A stretch of 64,000 bases of DNA from Candidatus Eiseniibacteriota bacterium. GTDB taxonomy: Bacteria > Eisenbacteria > RBG-16-71-46. Of the stretch, positions 10,013 to 20,235 are shown piece by piece; the first letter of the stretch is position 1, and each line of letters begins with the position of its first letter. The stretch spans positions 70,943 to 134,942 of the forward strand of contig JBGPFC010000007.1 of assembly GCA_041483195.1 (NCBI GenBank), read 5' to 3'. The notes below the pieces were generated by a model. It ran no database searches, was not told the origin of the DNA, and was given only the letters and a program-made list of their open reading frames with translations. A program made the translations under genes and the position numbers.

Positions 10013-10042
10013 TTGACGGTCGCGCCGCGGCTTTGCTAGTTT
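10013..10042 (+). promoter_or_regulatory. Putative sigma70 promoter with extended -10
   Basis: TTGACG-N18-TAGTTT preceded by TGn, about 10 nt before the ATG. Confidence 0.55.
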
Positions 10043-10051
10043 CGCGATGAC

Positions 10052-11389
10052 ATGTCCTCCCAGCGAGCCCGCGTCCGCCGAACCTCTCCCGCCGAGCAGT
10101 TGTCGAGGCGCATCGATAGCCACAAGGCCCACTTGAGCGTGATCGGGCTGGGCTACGTCGGCCTGCCGCTCGCGGTCGAGTTCGCGCAAGCCGGATTCCG
10201 GGTCACGGGCATCGACGTCGACTCGCGCCGGGTGAAGCACCTCCAGCGCGGGGTCTCGTACATCCAGGACGTTCCGACCCGCGATGTCCGCGCGCTGGTC
10301 AAGTCGGGCCGGCTCATGGCCACGACCGACTTCGGAGCGCTGCGCAGCGTGGATGCCGTCAACGTCTGCGTTCCCACCCCGCTTTCCAAGCAGCGCGATC
10401 CCGATGTCTCGTACATCGTCGCGGCCGCCCAGCAGGTCAAGAAGCACCTGCATCGCGGCATGCTGATCATCCTCGAGAGCACGACCTATCCCGGCACCAC
10501 CGACGAGCTCATCCTGCCCCTGCTTGAGGAGACCGGCATGAAGGTGGGCAAGGACTTCTTCCTCGCCTTCTCCCCCGAACGGGTCGATCCCGGCAATCCG
10601 CGGTTCAACACGCGCAACATTCCGAAGGTCGTGGGCGGCGTGACCCCGGTCTGCACCGAGGTCGCGGTGCGCCTCTACCGTCAGCGCCTCGAGCGGGTCG
10701 TCCCGGTGGGATCGCCGCAGGTCGCGGAGATGGTCAAGCTGCTGGAGAATACGTTTCGCAGCGTGAACATCGCGCTGGTGAACGAGCTGGCGCTGATGTG
10801 CGCGCGCCTCAAGATCGACGTGTGGGAAGTGATCGACGCGGCGGCGACCAAGCCGTTCGGGTTCATGCCGTTCTTTCCCGGTCCGGGGCTCGGGGGCCAC
10901 TGTATCCCGATCGATCCGTTCTATCTCTCGTGGAAGGCGCGCGCGAGCGGCTTCGAGGCGAGATTCATCGAACTCGCCGGATACATCAACGGCCAGATGC
11001 CGGACCACGTCGTGACGCTGGTCATGGACGGTCTGAACCGCATCGGGCGCCCGGTGAGGGGCTCCCGGGTGCTGGTGCTGGGCGTCGCCTACAAGTCCGA
11101 GATCGACGACACGCGTGAGAGCCCCTCGCTCGACATCATGGAGAAGTTGCGCGAGCACGGGGCACGCATCGAGTACAGCGATCCGTTCGTGCCCACCCTC
11201 GAATTCGCGGGACGCCGCATGAAGAGCACGCCGCTCACCCCCGCGCAGCTGCGGCGTTTCGATTGCGTCGTCATCGCGACGGCGCACAAGAGCTTCCCCT
11301 ACCGCGACGTGGTGCGCTACGCGAAGGCGGTCGTCGATACGCGCAACGCGCTCCGCGGACGCCGCTCGCCGAAGATCGTCCGGCTCTAG
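10052..11389 (+). CDS. Nucleotide-sugar dehydrogenase (UDP-GlcNAc/UDP-ManNAc 6-dehydrogenase family)
   Basis: IGLGYVGLPLA, CVPTP, LESTTYPGTT, SPERVDPGN, PGPGLGGHCIPIDP. Confidence 0.93.
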   Translation: MSSQRARVRRTSPAEQLSRRIDSHKAHLSVIGLGYVGLPLAVEFAQAGFRVTGIDVDSRRVKHLQRGVSYIQDVPTRDVRALVKSGRLMATTDFGALRSVDAVNVCVPTPLSKQRDPDVSYIVAAAQQVKKHLHRGMLIILESTTYPGTTDELILPLLEETGMKVGKDFFLAFSPERVDPGNPRFNTRNIPKVVGGVTPVCTEVAVRLYRQRLERVVPVGSPQVAEMVKLLENTFRSVNIALVNELALMCARLKIDVWEVIDAAATKPFGFMPFFPGPGLGGHCIPIDPFYLSWKARASGFEARFIELAGYINGQMPDHVVTLVMDGLNRIGRPVRGSRVLVLGVAYKSEIDDTRESPSLDIMEKLREHGARIEYSDPFVPTLEFAGRRMKSTPLTPAQLRRFDCVVIATAHKSFPYRDVVRYAKAVVDTRNALRGRRSPKIVRL

Positions 11390-12882
11390 CCGGAGAACGC
11401 GCTCGCGCGCAGCGAGCGGATCCCTACCCAGCCCAATCCCAGCGACAGCAACAGCAGGAAGGGCACCGCGCGCGCGTGGCCGGCGGCGCAGGCGAACGCT
11501 GCGAGCCCGGCAAAGTAGGCCGCGAGTCCGATCTCGGTGCGGCCTTTGATCCCGCGCCCGGACCGGTACGCCGCGCCGCGCGCGGGTCGCGGACCGGTGC
11601 CCGATTTCGGCGTGCGCTCCCAGTCTCCCGGGCGGTGGCCGAGTCCCTCCAGCACCGCGCGCGCGTTGTTCACCGCCAGCCCCGCGCCCAGGACCAGCGC
11701 GGCCGCGACATCCCGCGTCACCCGGAGGCGGCGTCCCAGCCCCGCCTGGCCCAGCGCGAGGAAGATCGTCACCGGGAGCACTCCCAGCACGACGACTGCG
11801 ATCTGAATCGCCCACACCAGCGGCGCCGGGGCGCCGCGCGTGCCGAGCAGCACTGGCAACATGAGCAGACCGAGCGCGAGCAACAGCGGGTAGGCCAGAT
11901 TGTTCGTGAGATGGATGACGGCCTCGACCTTCACGGCGGGCGGCAATGGACTGGCGAGGAGTCGCGGGAGCACCTTGCGCGCGGTCTGGATCGAGCCCTT
12001 GGCCCAGCGTCGCTGCTGCGACTTGAATGCCTCGATGTCGGCGGGGAGCTCCGCCGGCGCGGTGACCGTGCCGTCGAATACGAAGCGCCATCCCTCGAGC
12101 TGCGCGCGATAGCTCAGGTCGAGATCCTCGGTCAGCGTGTCGTGAGACCAGCCGCCCGCCGATTCGATGCAGGCGCGGCGCCACACACCGGCCGTGCCGT
12201 TGAAGTTGAAGAACAGCCCGCTGCGCATGCGGGCCTCGTGCTCGAGGGCGAAATGCGAGTCGAGCATCACGGCCTGCGCTGCGGTGAGCATCGAGCCGTC
12301 CCGATTGAGGTGACCCCAGCGGGCCTGCACCATTCCCACATCCGGGTCCGAGAAATGCGGGACCAGCCGGCGCAGGAATTCGGGCGGCGGAACGAAGTCG
12401 GCGTCGAATACCGCGACCAGCTCGCCCCGCGCGCTGCGCAATCCCGCGGCGAGCGCGCCGGCCTTGAACCCGGTCCGCCGATCGCGATGGATGACGCGGA
12501 TGTCGATCCCGCGCGCGGCGTGCCGCGCGGCGGCCGCGCGCGCCCAGTCCAGCGTTTCGTCTGTGGAATCGTCGAGCACCTGGATCTCGAGACGATCGCC
12601 CGGGTAATCGAGCGCCGCCACCGCCTCGATCAGCCGCTCCACCACCCGGCGTTCGTTGAAGAGCGGGAGCTGCACGGTCACGCGTGGCCATTCGGCGGGA
12701 GCGTCCGAACCCGTGAGGCGGCGCGTGCCCGCGCGCCAGCGGCGCCAGAGGATCACGTAGCGGTGCGAGGCGTAGACCACGATCAGCGCCTGGGCCGCGA
12801 AGTAGAGGATGAAGCAGAGTCCCAGCAGCGATTGCACGAACCATCCCGGCGTCGGCACCAGCAGCGGCATGAGCGGTCTCAC
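11386..12882 (-). CDS. Processive GT2 glycosyltransferase (cellulose synthase-like superfamily)
   Basis: DDSTD, GFKAGAL, FDADF, TEDLDL and QQRRW motifs plus TM segments. Confidence 0.9.
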   Translation of the reverse strand: MRPLMPLLVPTPGWFVQSLLGLCFILYFAAQALIVVYASHRYVILWRRWRAGTRRLTGSDAPAEWPRVTVQLPLFNERRVVERLIEAVAALDYPGDRLEIQVLDDSTDETLDWARAAAARHAARGIDIRVIHRDRRTGFKAGALAAGLRSARGELVAVFDADFVPPPEFLRRLVPHFSDPDVGMVQARWGHLNRDGSMLTAAQAVMLDSHFALEHEARMRSGLFFNFNGTAGVWRRACIESAGGWSHDTLTEDLDLSYRAQLEGWRFVFDGTVTAPAELPADIEAFKSQQRRWAKGSIQTARKVLPRLLASPLPPAVKVEAVIHLTNNLAYPLLLALGLLMLPVLLGTRGAPAPLVWAIQIAVVVLGVLPVTIFLALGQAGLGRRLRVTRDVAAALVLGAGLAVNNARAVLEGLGHRPGDWERTPKSGTGPRPARGAAYRSGRGIKGRTEIGLAAYFAGLAAFACAAGHARAVPFLLLLSLGLGWVGIRSLRASAFSG

Positions 12883-12890
12883 GTGGCCGT

Positions 12891-12920
12891 ACTGTAGGAA
12901 CGGGGGATCGGCAGCGTCAA
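12891..12920 (-). promoter_or_regulatory. Putative sigma70 promoter of the GT2 gene
   Basis: TTGACG-N18-TACAGT just upstream of the GTG start. Confidence 0.5.
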
Positions 12921-12971
12921 CCCGAGCCCGATCGTGCGTGGCTCACGCCCGGGACGCCGCCCGTGACGAAT

Positions 12972-13001
12972 TCGGGCGGCGGGGAATCTCCCGCCGCCCG
13001 A
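12972..13001 (-). terminator. GC-rich hairpin after dnaK (probable terminator)
   Basis: TCGGGCGGCGGG / CCCGCCGCCCGA 12-bp inverted repeat; U-tract weak. Confidence 0.6.
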
Positions 13002-13021
13002 GCGCCTCCGGCGAAACGCGA

Positions 13022-14941
13022 TCAGTTGACGACTTCGAAATCGGCGTCGACCGGGCCGTCGCCTTCCTTCTTGGGCGTGCCCCCCGCGCCCTGGGCACCG
13101 GCCCCCCCGGCCGCACCCGCCCCGGACTCGGTCTGCGATCCGGCGGTCGACTGGTAGAGAACCGCGGCCGCCTCGTGCCACACCTTCTGCAACGCCTCGG
13201 AGGCCGACGCGATCGCCTCGACGTTCTGCCCCTTCAGGGCCTCCCGCAGGGCCGTGAGCCGCTCCTCGATCCGTCCCTTGAGCCCGGACTCCAGCTTGGC
13301 CTCGTGCTCCTTGAGGTTCTTCTCGATCTCGTACGCGAGCTGATCGCCCTGATTGCGCGCCTCGACTTCCTCCTTGCGCTTGCGGTCCTCGGCGGCGTTC
13401 GACTCCGCGTCCTTCACCATCTGCTGGATCTCGGACTCGCTGAGCCCGCTCGAGGCCTCGATCCGGATGCTCTGCTCCTTGCCGGTGGCCCGGTCCTTGG
13501 CCGAAACGTGGAGCAGCCCGTTCGCGTCGATGTCGAACGCCACCTCGACCTGCGGCATGCCGCGCGGCGCGGGCGGGAGGCCATCGAGGTGGAACCGGCC
13601 GATGGTCTTGTTACCAGACGCCAGCGGGCGCTCGCCCTGCAGGACGTGGACCTCGACCGTGGTCTGATTGTCGGAAGCGGTCGAGAACACCTCGCTCTTC
13701 CGCGTCGGGATGGTCGTGTTGCGCGAAATCAGCGTGGTCATCACCCCGCCCAGGGTCTCGATCCCGAGCGAGAGCGGGGTCACGTCGAGCAGCACGACGT
13801 CGCGGACGTCACCGGCGAGCACCGCGCCCTGGATCGCGGCGCCGACCGCCACGACCTCGTCGGGGTTGACGCCCCGGTGCGGCTCCTTGCCGAAGATCTG
13901 CTTCACCAGCTCCTGCACCTTCGGCATGCGCGTCGCGCCGCCCACCAGCACCACCTCGTCGATCTGCGAGGCGGCGTGACCGGCGTCCTTCAGGGCCTGC
14001 AACACAGGCCCGCGGCAGCGCTCGATCAGCTCGTCCACCAGCTGCTCCAGCTTCGCGCGGGTGAGCCGGATGTTGAGATGCTTCGGCCCGTTCTGGTCCG
14101 CCGTGATGAACGGCAGGTTGACCTCGGTCTCGAGCGTGGTCGAGAGCTCGCACTTCGCCTTCTCGGCGGCCTCCTTGAGCCGCTGGAGCGCCATCGCGTC
14201 CTTGCGCAGGTCGATCCCCTCCTGCTTGCGGAACTCGTCGGCGAGGTGGTCGATGACGCGCTGATCGAAGTCATCGCCGCCCAGGTGGGTGTCGCCGTTG
14301 GTCGAGCGCACTTCGAACACGCCGTCGCCGATCTCGAGGATCGAGATGTCGAACGTCCCGCCGCCGAGATCGAACACCGCGATCTTCTCGTCCTTCTTCT
14401 TGTCGAGGCCGTAGGCCAGCGCGGCCGCGGTGGGCTCGTTGATGATGCGCTTCACGTCGAGCCCGGCGATGCGCCCCGCGTCCTTGGTGGCCTGCCGCTG
14501 GCTGTCGTTGAAGTACGCGGGCACGGTGACTACCGCCTCGGTGATCTTCTCGCCGAGATAGTCTTCCGCCGTCTTCTTCATCTTCTGGAGGATGATGGCC
14601 GAGACCTCGGGCGGAGAGAATTCCTCGCTGGCTACACGCACGCGAGCGTCGCCGGCGGGACCGCGCACCACCTGGTAGGGCACCAGCTTGATCTCGGCGC
14701 CGACCTCTTCGAACTTGCGTCCCATGAAGCGCTTGATCGAGAACACGGTGTTGGCCGGATTGGTCACCGCCTGACGGCGCGCGACCAGGCCCACCAGCCG
14801 CTCACCGCTCTTCGAGAACCCGACCACCGACGGCGTGGTGCGGAATCCCTCGGCATTCGCGATCACCTTGGGCTCGCCGCCCTCCATGACCGCCACGCAC
14901 GAGTTCGTGGTGCCGAGATCGATGCCGATGACCTTTCCCAT
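13022..14941 (-). CDS. dnaK: Chaperone DnaK (Hsp70)
   Basis: [32 protein letters not shown]-terminal DADFEVV. Confidence 0.99.
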   Translation of the reverse strand: MGKVIGIDLGTTNSCVAVMEGGEPKVIANAEGFRTTPSVVGFSKSGERLVGLVARRQAVTNPANTVFSIKRFMGRKFEEVGAEIKLVPYQVVRGPAGDARVRVASEEFSPPEVSAIILQKMKKTAEDYLGEKITEAVVTVPAYFNDSQRQATKDAGRIAGLDVKRIINEPTAAALAYGLDKKKDEKIAVFDLGGGTFDISILEIGDGVFEVRSTNGDTHLGGDDFDQRVIDHLADEFRKQEGIDLRKDAMALQRLKEAAEKAKCELSTTLETEVNLPFITADQNGPKHLNIRLTRAKLEQLVDELIERCRGPVLQALKDAGHAASQIDEVVLVGGATRMPKVQELVKQIFGKEPHRGVNPDEVVAVGAAIQGAVLAGDVRDVVLLDVTPLSLGIETLGGVMTTLISRNTTIPTRKSEVFSTASDNQTTVEVHVLQGERPLASGNKTIGRFHLDGLPPAPRGMPQVEVAFDIDANGLLHVSAKDRATGKEQSIRIEASSGLSESEIQQMVKDAESNAAEDRKRKEEVEARNQGDQLAYEIEKNLKEHEAKLESGLKGRIEERLTALREALKGQNVEAIASASEALQKVWHEAAAVLYQSTAGSQTESGAGAAGGAGAQGAGGTPKKEGDGPVDADFEVVN

Positions 14942-15024
14942 GATGGCTCCTGACTATTCGGCGCGGGTGCCACGGCGGCCCGGCATTCGCCGGGCCGCGC
15001 GTGGCCCGCAAGATTACATCCGGA

Positions 15025-15486
15025 TTACGACGCGACCTGGATCTCGATCTCGCGAAGCTTGGCTTCCTCGGCCTTGGGGACGTGAATCTCGAGCACGCCG
15101 TCCCGGTAGCTGGCCTTCACCCCATCGTTGCGCACCGGCGTGCCGAGCGTGAAGGAGCGCTCGAACGAGCCGTGCACCCGCTCGATGCGGTGCAGGTTGC
15201 CCTCCGCCCGCGAGGCATCCTGCCTGCGCTCGCCGCGGATGGTGAGCGTGTCACCCATCAGGCTGACCTTGACGTCCTTCTGCGCGACCCCCGGAAGGTC
15301 GGCGCGCACCAGGAACTCCTCGGCGGTTTCCTCGATGTCGATGGCGGGAGTGAAGAGGGGCGCGACGTCGTTGCGAAGCGTCGCGCGGCTGAAGAAGTTT
15401 TCGAAGAGGCGGTCGAACTCGTCCCGAACGGCGAAGGGATCGCGCGCGGGGCTGACCGAGCTCGGATTCCAACGGATGATGGGCAT
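15025..15486 (-). CDS. Small heat shock protein Hsp20/alpha-crystallin
   Basis: PAIDIEET, ADLPGV, ERVHGSFERSF, ASYRDGVLEIHVPK; AGGAG SD. Confidence 0.95.
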   Translation of the reverse strand: MPIIRWNPSSVSPARDPFAVRDEFDRLFENFFSRATLRNDVAPLFTPAIDIEETAEEFLVRADLPGVAQKDVKVSLMGDTLTIRGERRQDASRAEGNLHRIERVHGSFERSFTLGTPVRNDGVKASYRDGVLEIHVPKAEEAKLREIEIQVAS

Positions 15487-15570
15487 CGCTATTTCTCCTG
15501 GCTGCTGTCGGTCTGGATCGAGCGCGGGCGGAGGCCCGCGCGGTGATCGAGTGATTCGCGGGATCTGAAC

Positions 15571-15587
15571 TGCAGTTCACGTGCCAG
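15571..15587 (-). promoter_or_regulatory. Putative sigma54 (-24/-12) promoter of hsp20-dnaK
   Basis: CTGGCACGTGAACTGCA on the minus strand, exact GG-N10-GC spacing. Confidence 0.6.
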
Positions 15588-15772
15588 CGAATCCCCGGGG
15601 ATCAGCACGTTGTGGCGCAACGAATTGAACCGGGGGCCGGGGCCCGGCGCACCGGGCGGCGGGGGCGGCGCGTTTCGGATGCGAACGGCTCCCGTTTCCG
15701 ATCCGCACGCCCGCGCGATGGGAACGCCGCGCGCTGGCCCGCGGTACGCACTGCTGGTAGCGTGCGCCGACC

Positions 15773-16753
15773 ATGAAGATCAGCACGTTCCTCCCCCACG
15801 TCGGGGTGTTCGGTGGTGTCCGCCGCTTCCTCGAGCTGGGCAATGCCTGGGTCGCTCTGGGACACGAGGTCACGCTCTATCACCCGGAGGGAGCGCCGCC
15901 CGGATGGCTGCCCTATCGCGGTCGCACCGCACCGCTGGTCGACGCCGCGCGCAAACGCGCCGATCTCGCGCTGTGCGCGGACCCGCACACGCTGGACGCG
16001 TTCCTCGCCCACCCGGCCGCGATCCACCTCTACTACTGCGTCATCGAGGGCGACCCGGGCGTCGCGCGCGCGCTGCGCGATTCGCGGGTTCGACTCGCGG
16101 CGAATTCGGGCGCGCTCCGGGGTTCGCTCGCGCGCCGCACCCGCCGCACGGTGCTCGACGGCGTCGGCGGGATCAACCTCGCGCAGTTTCGCCCCGATCC
16201 CTCCCGGCGCGCGGCCGCGCCGCTGCGCGTCCTGCTGAACGGCCGCCGCTCGCGGCCCAGGAAGGGCACCGACCTGATCCTCGCCGCGTTGCGAGGACTC
16301 GAAGGCTCGGTGCCGCCCTTCGAGATCGTGTTGTTCGACGCGCGCGGCGAGCACAATCGTGAGGATCCGCGCGACGGCGCGCCGCTTCCCGCCAACGCCC
16401 GGTACGTGCTCGATCCGACGCAGGACGAGCTGGTCGCCCTCTACCAGTCGGCCGATCTCTTCGTCGCTGCGGAACGCAGGGCCGGATGGTGCAACACCGC
16501 GCTCGAGGCCATGGCGTGCGGTGCGGCGGTCGTCTGCACCCCGAGCGGCACGCGCGACTTCGCGCGCCATCTCGAGAACGCGTTCGTGGTTCCGGTGCGG
16601 CACGCGTTCTTCCTGCGTCGCGCGCTGCGCCGCGTGATGCGGGATGCGGGACTGCGCGACGCGATCGCGGCGCACGCCCCGCTCGGCGCCGGGGCCTGGA
16701 GCTGGGACCGGCTCGCGCTGCGCCTGATCGAGCAGGTCGCCGCCCCGGAATGA
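15773..16753 (+). CDS. Glycosyltransferase family 4 (GT-B)
   Basis: FGGVRR, RKGTDLIL, YQSADLFV, LEAMACGAAVV, WSWDR. Confidence 0.85.
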   Translation: MKISTFLPHVGVFGGVRRFLELGNAWVALGHEVTLYHPEGAPPGWLPYRGRTAPLVDAARKRADLALCADPHTLDAFLAHPAAIHLYYCVIEGDPGVARALRDSRVRLAANSGALRGSLARRTRRTVLDGVGGINLAQFRPDPSRRAAAPLRVLLNGRRSRPRKGTDLILAALRGLEGSVPPFEIVLFDARGEHNREDPRDGAPLPANARYVLDPTQDELVALYQSADLFVAAERRAGWCNTALEAMACGAAVVCTPSGTRDFARHLENAFVVPVRHAFFLRRALRRVMRDAGLRDAIAAHAPLGAGAWSWDRLALRLIEQVAAPE

Positions 16754-16803
16754 CGCGAGGCGGACCGGCTCGCCCGGAGGCCGCCTCGTCGCTGCGAACC
16801 GGA

Positions 16804-17250
16804 TTATCGCGCGGGCAGGTAGCCCGACTTTTCCTCAGGGACCAGCAGCTCGTCCTTGGTGTAGATGAACGCGTCGCGCTGGTAGTCGGCGAGCTCGTAG
16901 TTCTTCTCGAGGAAGATGGCGTCCTCGGGGCAGGCTTCCTCGCACATGCCGCAGAAGATGCAGCGCAGCATGTTGATCTCGTAACGGACCGCGTAGCGCT
17001 CGCCGTGCGAGACCGGCTGGTTCGGGTCGTTCTCGGCCGCCTTCACGAAGATCGCGTCGGCCGGGCAGGCGACCGCGCACAGCTCGCAGCCCACGCAACG
17101 CTCCAGCCCGTCCTCGTGCCGCGCCAGGATGTGGAGCCCGCGGAAACGCGGGAACATCGTGAGCTTCTCGTCGGGGTACTGGACCGTGAACGGCTTCTTG
17201 AACAGGTTCTCGAGCGTGACCCCGAGTCCCCTGCCGAGTTCCTTCAGCAT
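16804..17250 (-). CDS. nuoI: NADH-quinone oxidoreductase subunit I
   Basis: TVQYP, RFRGLH, two CxxCxxCxxxCP motifs, [16 protein letters not shown] at 17250 with GGAGG SD. Confidence 0.92.
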   Translation of the reverse strand: MLKELGRGLGVTLENLFKKPFTVQYPDEKLTMFPRFRGLHILARHEDGLERCVGCELCAVACPADAIFVKAAENDPNQPVSHGERYAVRYEINMLRCIFCGMCEEACPEDAIFLEKNYELADYQRDAFIYTKDELLVPEEKSGYLPAR

Positions 17251-17403
17251 GCACCCTCCGCACCCGTCCAGCACCTCGACCGTAAACGCGCCGCATGATA
17301 GCGGGCGCATTGGAGGCGCGCAAACCGCGGGAGCGTAGGCCGGATCGCGGCCGCCTCGGTCCCCGGGGGGCGCGCCGCGCGCCACCTCGCGCCGCGTGCC
17401 CGG

Positions 17404-17958
17404 CTATAGTCTCGGCAGCGTGATGCCCTGCTGAGCCTGGTACTTGCCGGCCTTGTCCCGGTACGACGTCTCGCACATCTCGTCGCTCTCGAAGAACAAC
17501 ACCTGCGCGATCCCCTCGTTGGAGTAGATCCGGGCGGGCAACGGCGTGGTGTTGCTGATCTCGAGCGTCACGAACCCCTCCCACTCCGGCTCGAACGGGG
17601 TGACGTTCGTGATGATGCCGCAGCGCGCGTAGGTGCTCTTGCCCACGCAGATCGTGAGCACGTTGCGGGGGATGCGGAAGTACTCGACCGTTCGCCCGAG
17701 CGCGAACGAGTTGGGGGGAATCACGCACACCGGGCCCTTGAAATCCACCATCGAGCCCGGATCCATGTGCTTGGGATCCACGATCGTCGAGTTCACGTTC
17801 GTGAAGATCTTGAACTCGTCGGCGATGCGGATGTCGTAGCCGTACGAGGAGATCCCGTACGAGATCACGCCGGCGCGCACCTGCTTTTCCTCGAACGGCT
17901 CGATCATGCGGTGCTCCCTGCACATCTTTCGGATCCAGCGGTCGGGCTTGATCGACAT
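17404..17958 (-). CDS. dcd: dCTP deaminase
   Basis: [41 protein letters not shown]. Confidence 0.96.
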   Translation of the reverse strand: MSIKPDRWIRKMCREHRMIEPFEEKQVRAGVISYGISSYGYDIRIADEFKIFTNVNSTIVDPKHMDPGSMVDFKGPVCVIPPNSFALGRTVEYFRIPRNVLTICVGKSTYARCGIITNVTPFEPEWEGFVTLEISNTTPLPARIYSNEGIAQVLFFESDEMCETSYRDKAGKYQAQQGITLPRL

Positions 17959-17960
17959 GC

Positions 17961-18497
17961 TCACTCCCCGGGTGGAATTCGGCCGAGCATGCGCAGCGTG
18001 TGCGCCAGCTCGGGCAGCAGGAGTCGCGTGAGCGCGAGCTCCACGGCGGCGGTGGACCCCGGCAACATGATCAGCAGCCGGCCGCGCGCGACGCCCGCCG
18101 CCGCCCGCGACAGCCACGCCGCCGCGCCGATCGAGTCCACCGAGAGCGCGCGGAACAGCTCGCCGAAGCCGGGCAGCCACTGCCCGACGAGCGGCGCGAG
18201 CGCCTCGGGCGTGCGATCTCGGGGGCTCACCCCGGTGCCGCCCGTGAAGATCACGCAATCGATGTCGCTCCGCTCCAGCGCGGCGCGCGCCGCGCGCCGG
18301 ATCGCCGGCACGTCGTCGCGCACCCAGCCGCGCGTGGCCACCGCGTGACCCGCGCGTTCGATCAGTCGCTGGATCGCGGCCCCGCCGCGATCGTCCGCCC
18401 CGCGGCGCGTATCGCTCACGGTGATCACCGCGCACCGCGCGGGACGGGGCGAGCGCTCGTCCGCGCGGTGTCCGGCGGCGCGCCGCGCGCGGGTCAA
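17961..18497 (-). CDS. moaB: MogA/MoaB family molybdopterin adenylyltransferase
   Basis: [39 protein letters not shown]; start probably TTG 18497 (or GTG 18506). Confidence 0.85.
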   Translation of the reverse strand: MTRARRAAGHRADERSPRPARCAVITVSDTRRGADDRGGAAIQRLIERAGHAVATRGWVRDDVPAIRRAARAALERSDIDCVIFTGGTGVSPRDRTPEALAPLVGQWLPGFGELFRALSVDSIGAAAWLSRAAAGVARGRLLIMLPGSTAAVELALTRLLLPELAHTLRMLGRIPPGE

Positions 18498-19186
18498 GCG
18501 GTCCACTCGCGCACGCGCTCGGCGAGCGGGCGCGGCTCGAGTCCGAAGTGCGAAAGCCAGGGCCCCGCCTCGGCGAGACGCTGTTCCTGAAGCTCGGAGA
18601 GCGCCGGCTCCCATGCCACGCCGCCGGGCGCGGCCGGCGGGCCCGCCGCGCGCGCGAGCGCCGCGAGATCCGCGAGGCTCATGACCTCGGGCCCGGCCAC
18701 CTCGAACCAGCCCTCCCACCCGGCGCGGCCGTCGAGCGCGCGCTCGATGGTCTCGATCGCGTCGCTCTCCGCGACCGGGTTCAGCAGCATGCGTCCCTCC
18801 TTCGGCAGCTTGGGACCCGTGCGGAGCTTGAGCCAGAGCGGGCTCAGGGGTCCGAGCAGCGGCCCGAGCCTGAGCGTCAACACCGGCAAACCCGACGCCC
18901 GCGCGTGCTCCTCCAGCCGCCACAATCCCTTGAGCGTTTCGGAACGGGCATCGGGGTGCGCGCCGAGGCGGCTGATCACGAGGACGCGCGCCCCGGGCGC
19001 GGCGCGCCACGCGCCGAGCAGCACCCCGAGCGCCATCGGGTCCAGATCGCTTCCGGACCCCAGCACCAGCGTGGACCACCGCCGTCCGGCCGGCGCCCCG
19101 GCGGGGGCCACTTCGTGGCCGTGGGCGGCGAGGGTCTCGAGCAGGCGGGGCGCCGGAGGATCCGGACGGCCGAAAGCGTGGATCAC
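18494..19186 (-). CDS. Degenerate atypical SDR / NDUFA9-NmrA-like protein
   Basis: [42 protein letters not shown]; lacks GxxGxxG and YxxxK. Confidence 0.6.
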   Translation of the reverse strand: MIHAFGRPDPPAPRLLETLAAHGHEVAPAGAPAGRRWSTLVLGSGSDLDPMALGVLLGAWRAAPGARVLVISRLGAHPDARSETLKGLWRLEEHARASGLPVLTLRLGPLLGPLSPLWLKLRTGPKLPKEGRMLLNPVAESDAIETIERALDGRAGWEGWFEVAGPEVMSLADLAALARAAGPPAAPGGVAWEPALSELQEQRLAEAGPWLSHFGLEPRPLAERVREWTA

Positions 19187-20235
19187 GCGAGCTCCCCGAG
19201 CGTCTTCGCGATCTGCCTTCGATGCGAAAGGTCATGGTCCACCCAATGCCGCACCATGTCGCCGAGCGGGAACGGGCCGCGCACCGAGTGAATCGCGGCC
19301 CGTGCCCAGTCCTCACGCCGGAGCGGAGCGAGTCGCGACAGCAGGCTCCCGCGTGCCACGCGCCACGAGTCGAGCGCCTCCGCGGCCATCGCCCCGCGAT
19401 AGCCACGGGTCTCCGCCCATCCGGTCATGTCCACGTCCGGCACCGCGGGCTGCGACTCGAGCAGCATGCGCTCGAGCCGCGGCAGGTAGACTTCGCGATC
19501 GGCGTCGCGCAGATGGCACGTCACCTCCACCGGGCTCCAGCCCGCGGCCGGAGGGCGCTCGCGAAATCGCTCATCGCCGTGGCGCGCGAGGCGCGCCGCC
19601 ACCCAGTCCGGACTCTCGGCGAGCGCCGCGAGCAGCTGTCCCCATTCGAGAAACGTCATCGGACCGCGATCGCGCGCGGTGATTCCGGTGTCGCTGCCCT
19701 GGAACGGGTGAGGGCGCGCGAACCCGCGGGCGATGTAGCTGCGCGAGAGCGCGACGTAGTGCAGCGTGCCGTCGCGAATCGATTCGCGGTGACGGTCCGT
19801 GACCGGGCCCACCACGCGCGCCGGCGAACCCACTGCGAGGCTGCGGGGCGGAATCACCTGGTTCTCGCGCACCAGCGACGCGGCTCCGATCAGCGAGCCG
19901 CCACCGATGCGCGCGCCCGAGAGCACGACGCTGCCCATCCCGATCAGGCAGTCGTCCTCGATGACGCAGCCGTGGATGACCGATCGATGGCCGACGGTCA
20001 CGCGCGCGCCGAGGAGCGCGGGCTGGCCCTCATCGACGTGCACCGTCGAATTGTCCTGGACGTTGGACTCGTCCCCGATCTCGACCGCCGCGCTGTCGCC
20101 CCTCACCACGGTGTTGAACCAGACGCTGGCCCGCGCGCCGATCGTGACCTCGCCGACCACCACCGCCCCTGGCGCGATCCAGGCGGTGGGATCGAGCCGG
20201 AGCCGGGCCGGCCAGTCGCGGGACCGGTCGCTCAC
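19183..20235 (-). CDS. Gamma-carbonic anhydrase (hexapeptide) / DinB-family fusion protein
   Basis: NVQDNSTVH, VTVGHRSVIHGC followed in frame by WSPVEVTCHLRD..HDLSHRRQI; GTG 20235 overlaps the upstream stop. Confidence 0.85.
   Translation of the reverse strand: MSDRSRDWPARLRLDPTAWIAPGAVVVGEVTIGARASVWFNTVVRGDSAAVEIGDESNVQDNSTVHVDEGQPALLGARVTVGHRSVIHGCVIEDDCLIGMGSVVLSGARIGGGSLIGAASLVRENQVIPPRSLAVGSPARVVGPVTDRHRESIRDGTLHYVALSRSYIARGFARPHPFQGSDTGITARDRGPMTFLEWGQLLAALAESPDWVAARLARHGDERFRERPPAAGWSPVEVTCHLRDADREVYLPRLERMLLESQPAVPDVDMTGWAETRGYRGAMAAEALDSWRVARGSLLSRLAPLRREDWARAAIHSVRGPFPLGDMVRHWVDHDLSHRRQIAKTLGELA

Noticed and set aside
9845..12844. 999-aa minus-strand ORF
   Set aside because: Off-frame to the GT2 and antisense to the dehydrogenase; no recognisable domain
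12809..14953. 714-aa ORF antisense to dnaK
   Set aside because: Well-known antisense open frame of GC-rich dnaK genes (often mis-annotated as NAD-specific glutamate dehydrogenase); no independent evidence
15487..15772. CIRCE/HrcA operator upstream of hsp20-dnaK
   Set aside because: No TTAGCACTC-N9-GAGTGCTAA-like inverted repeat found
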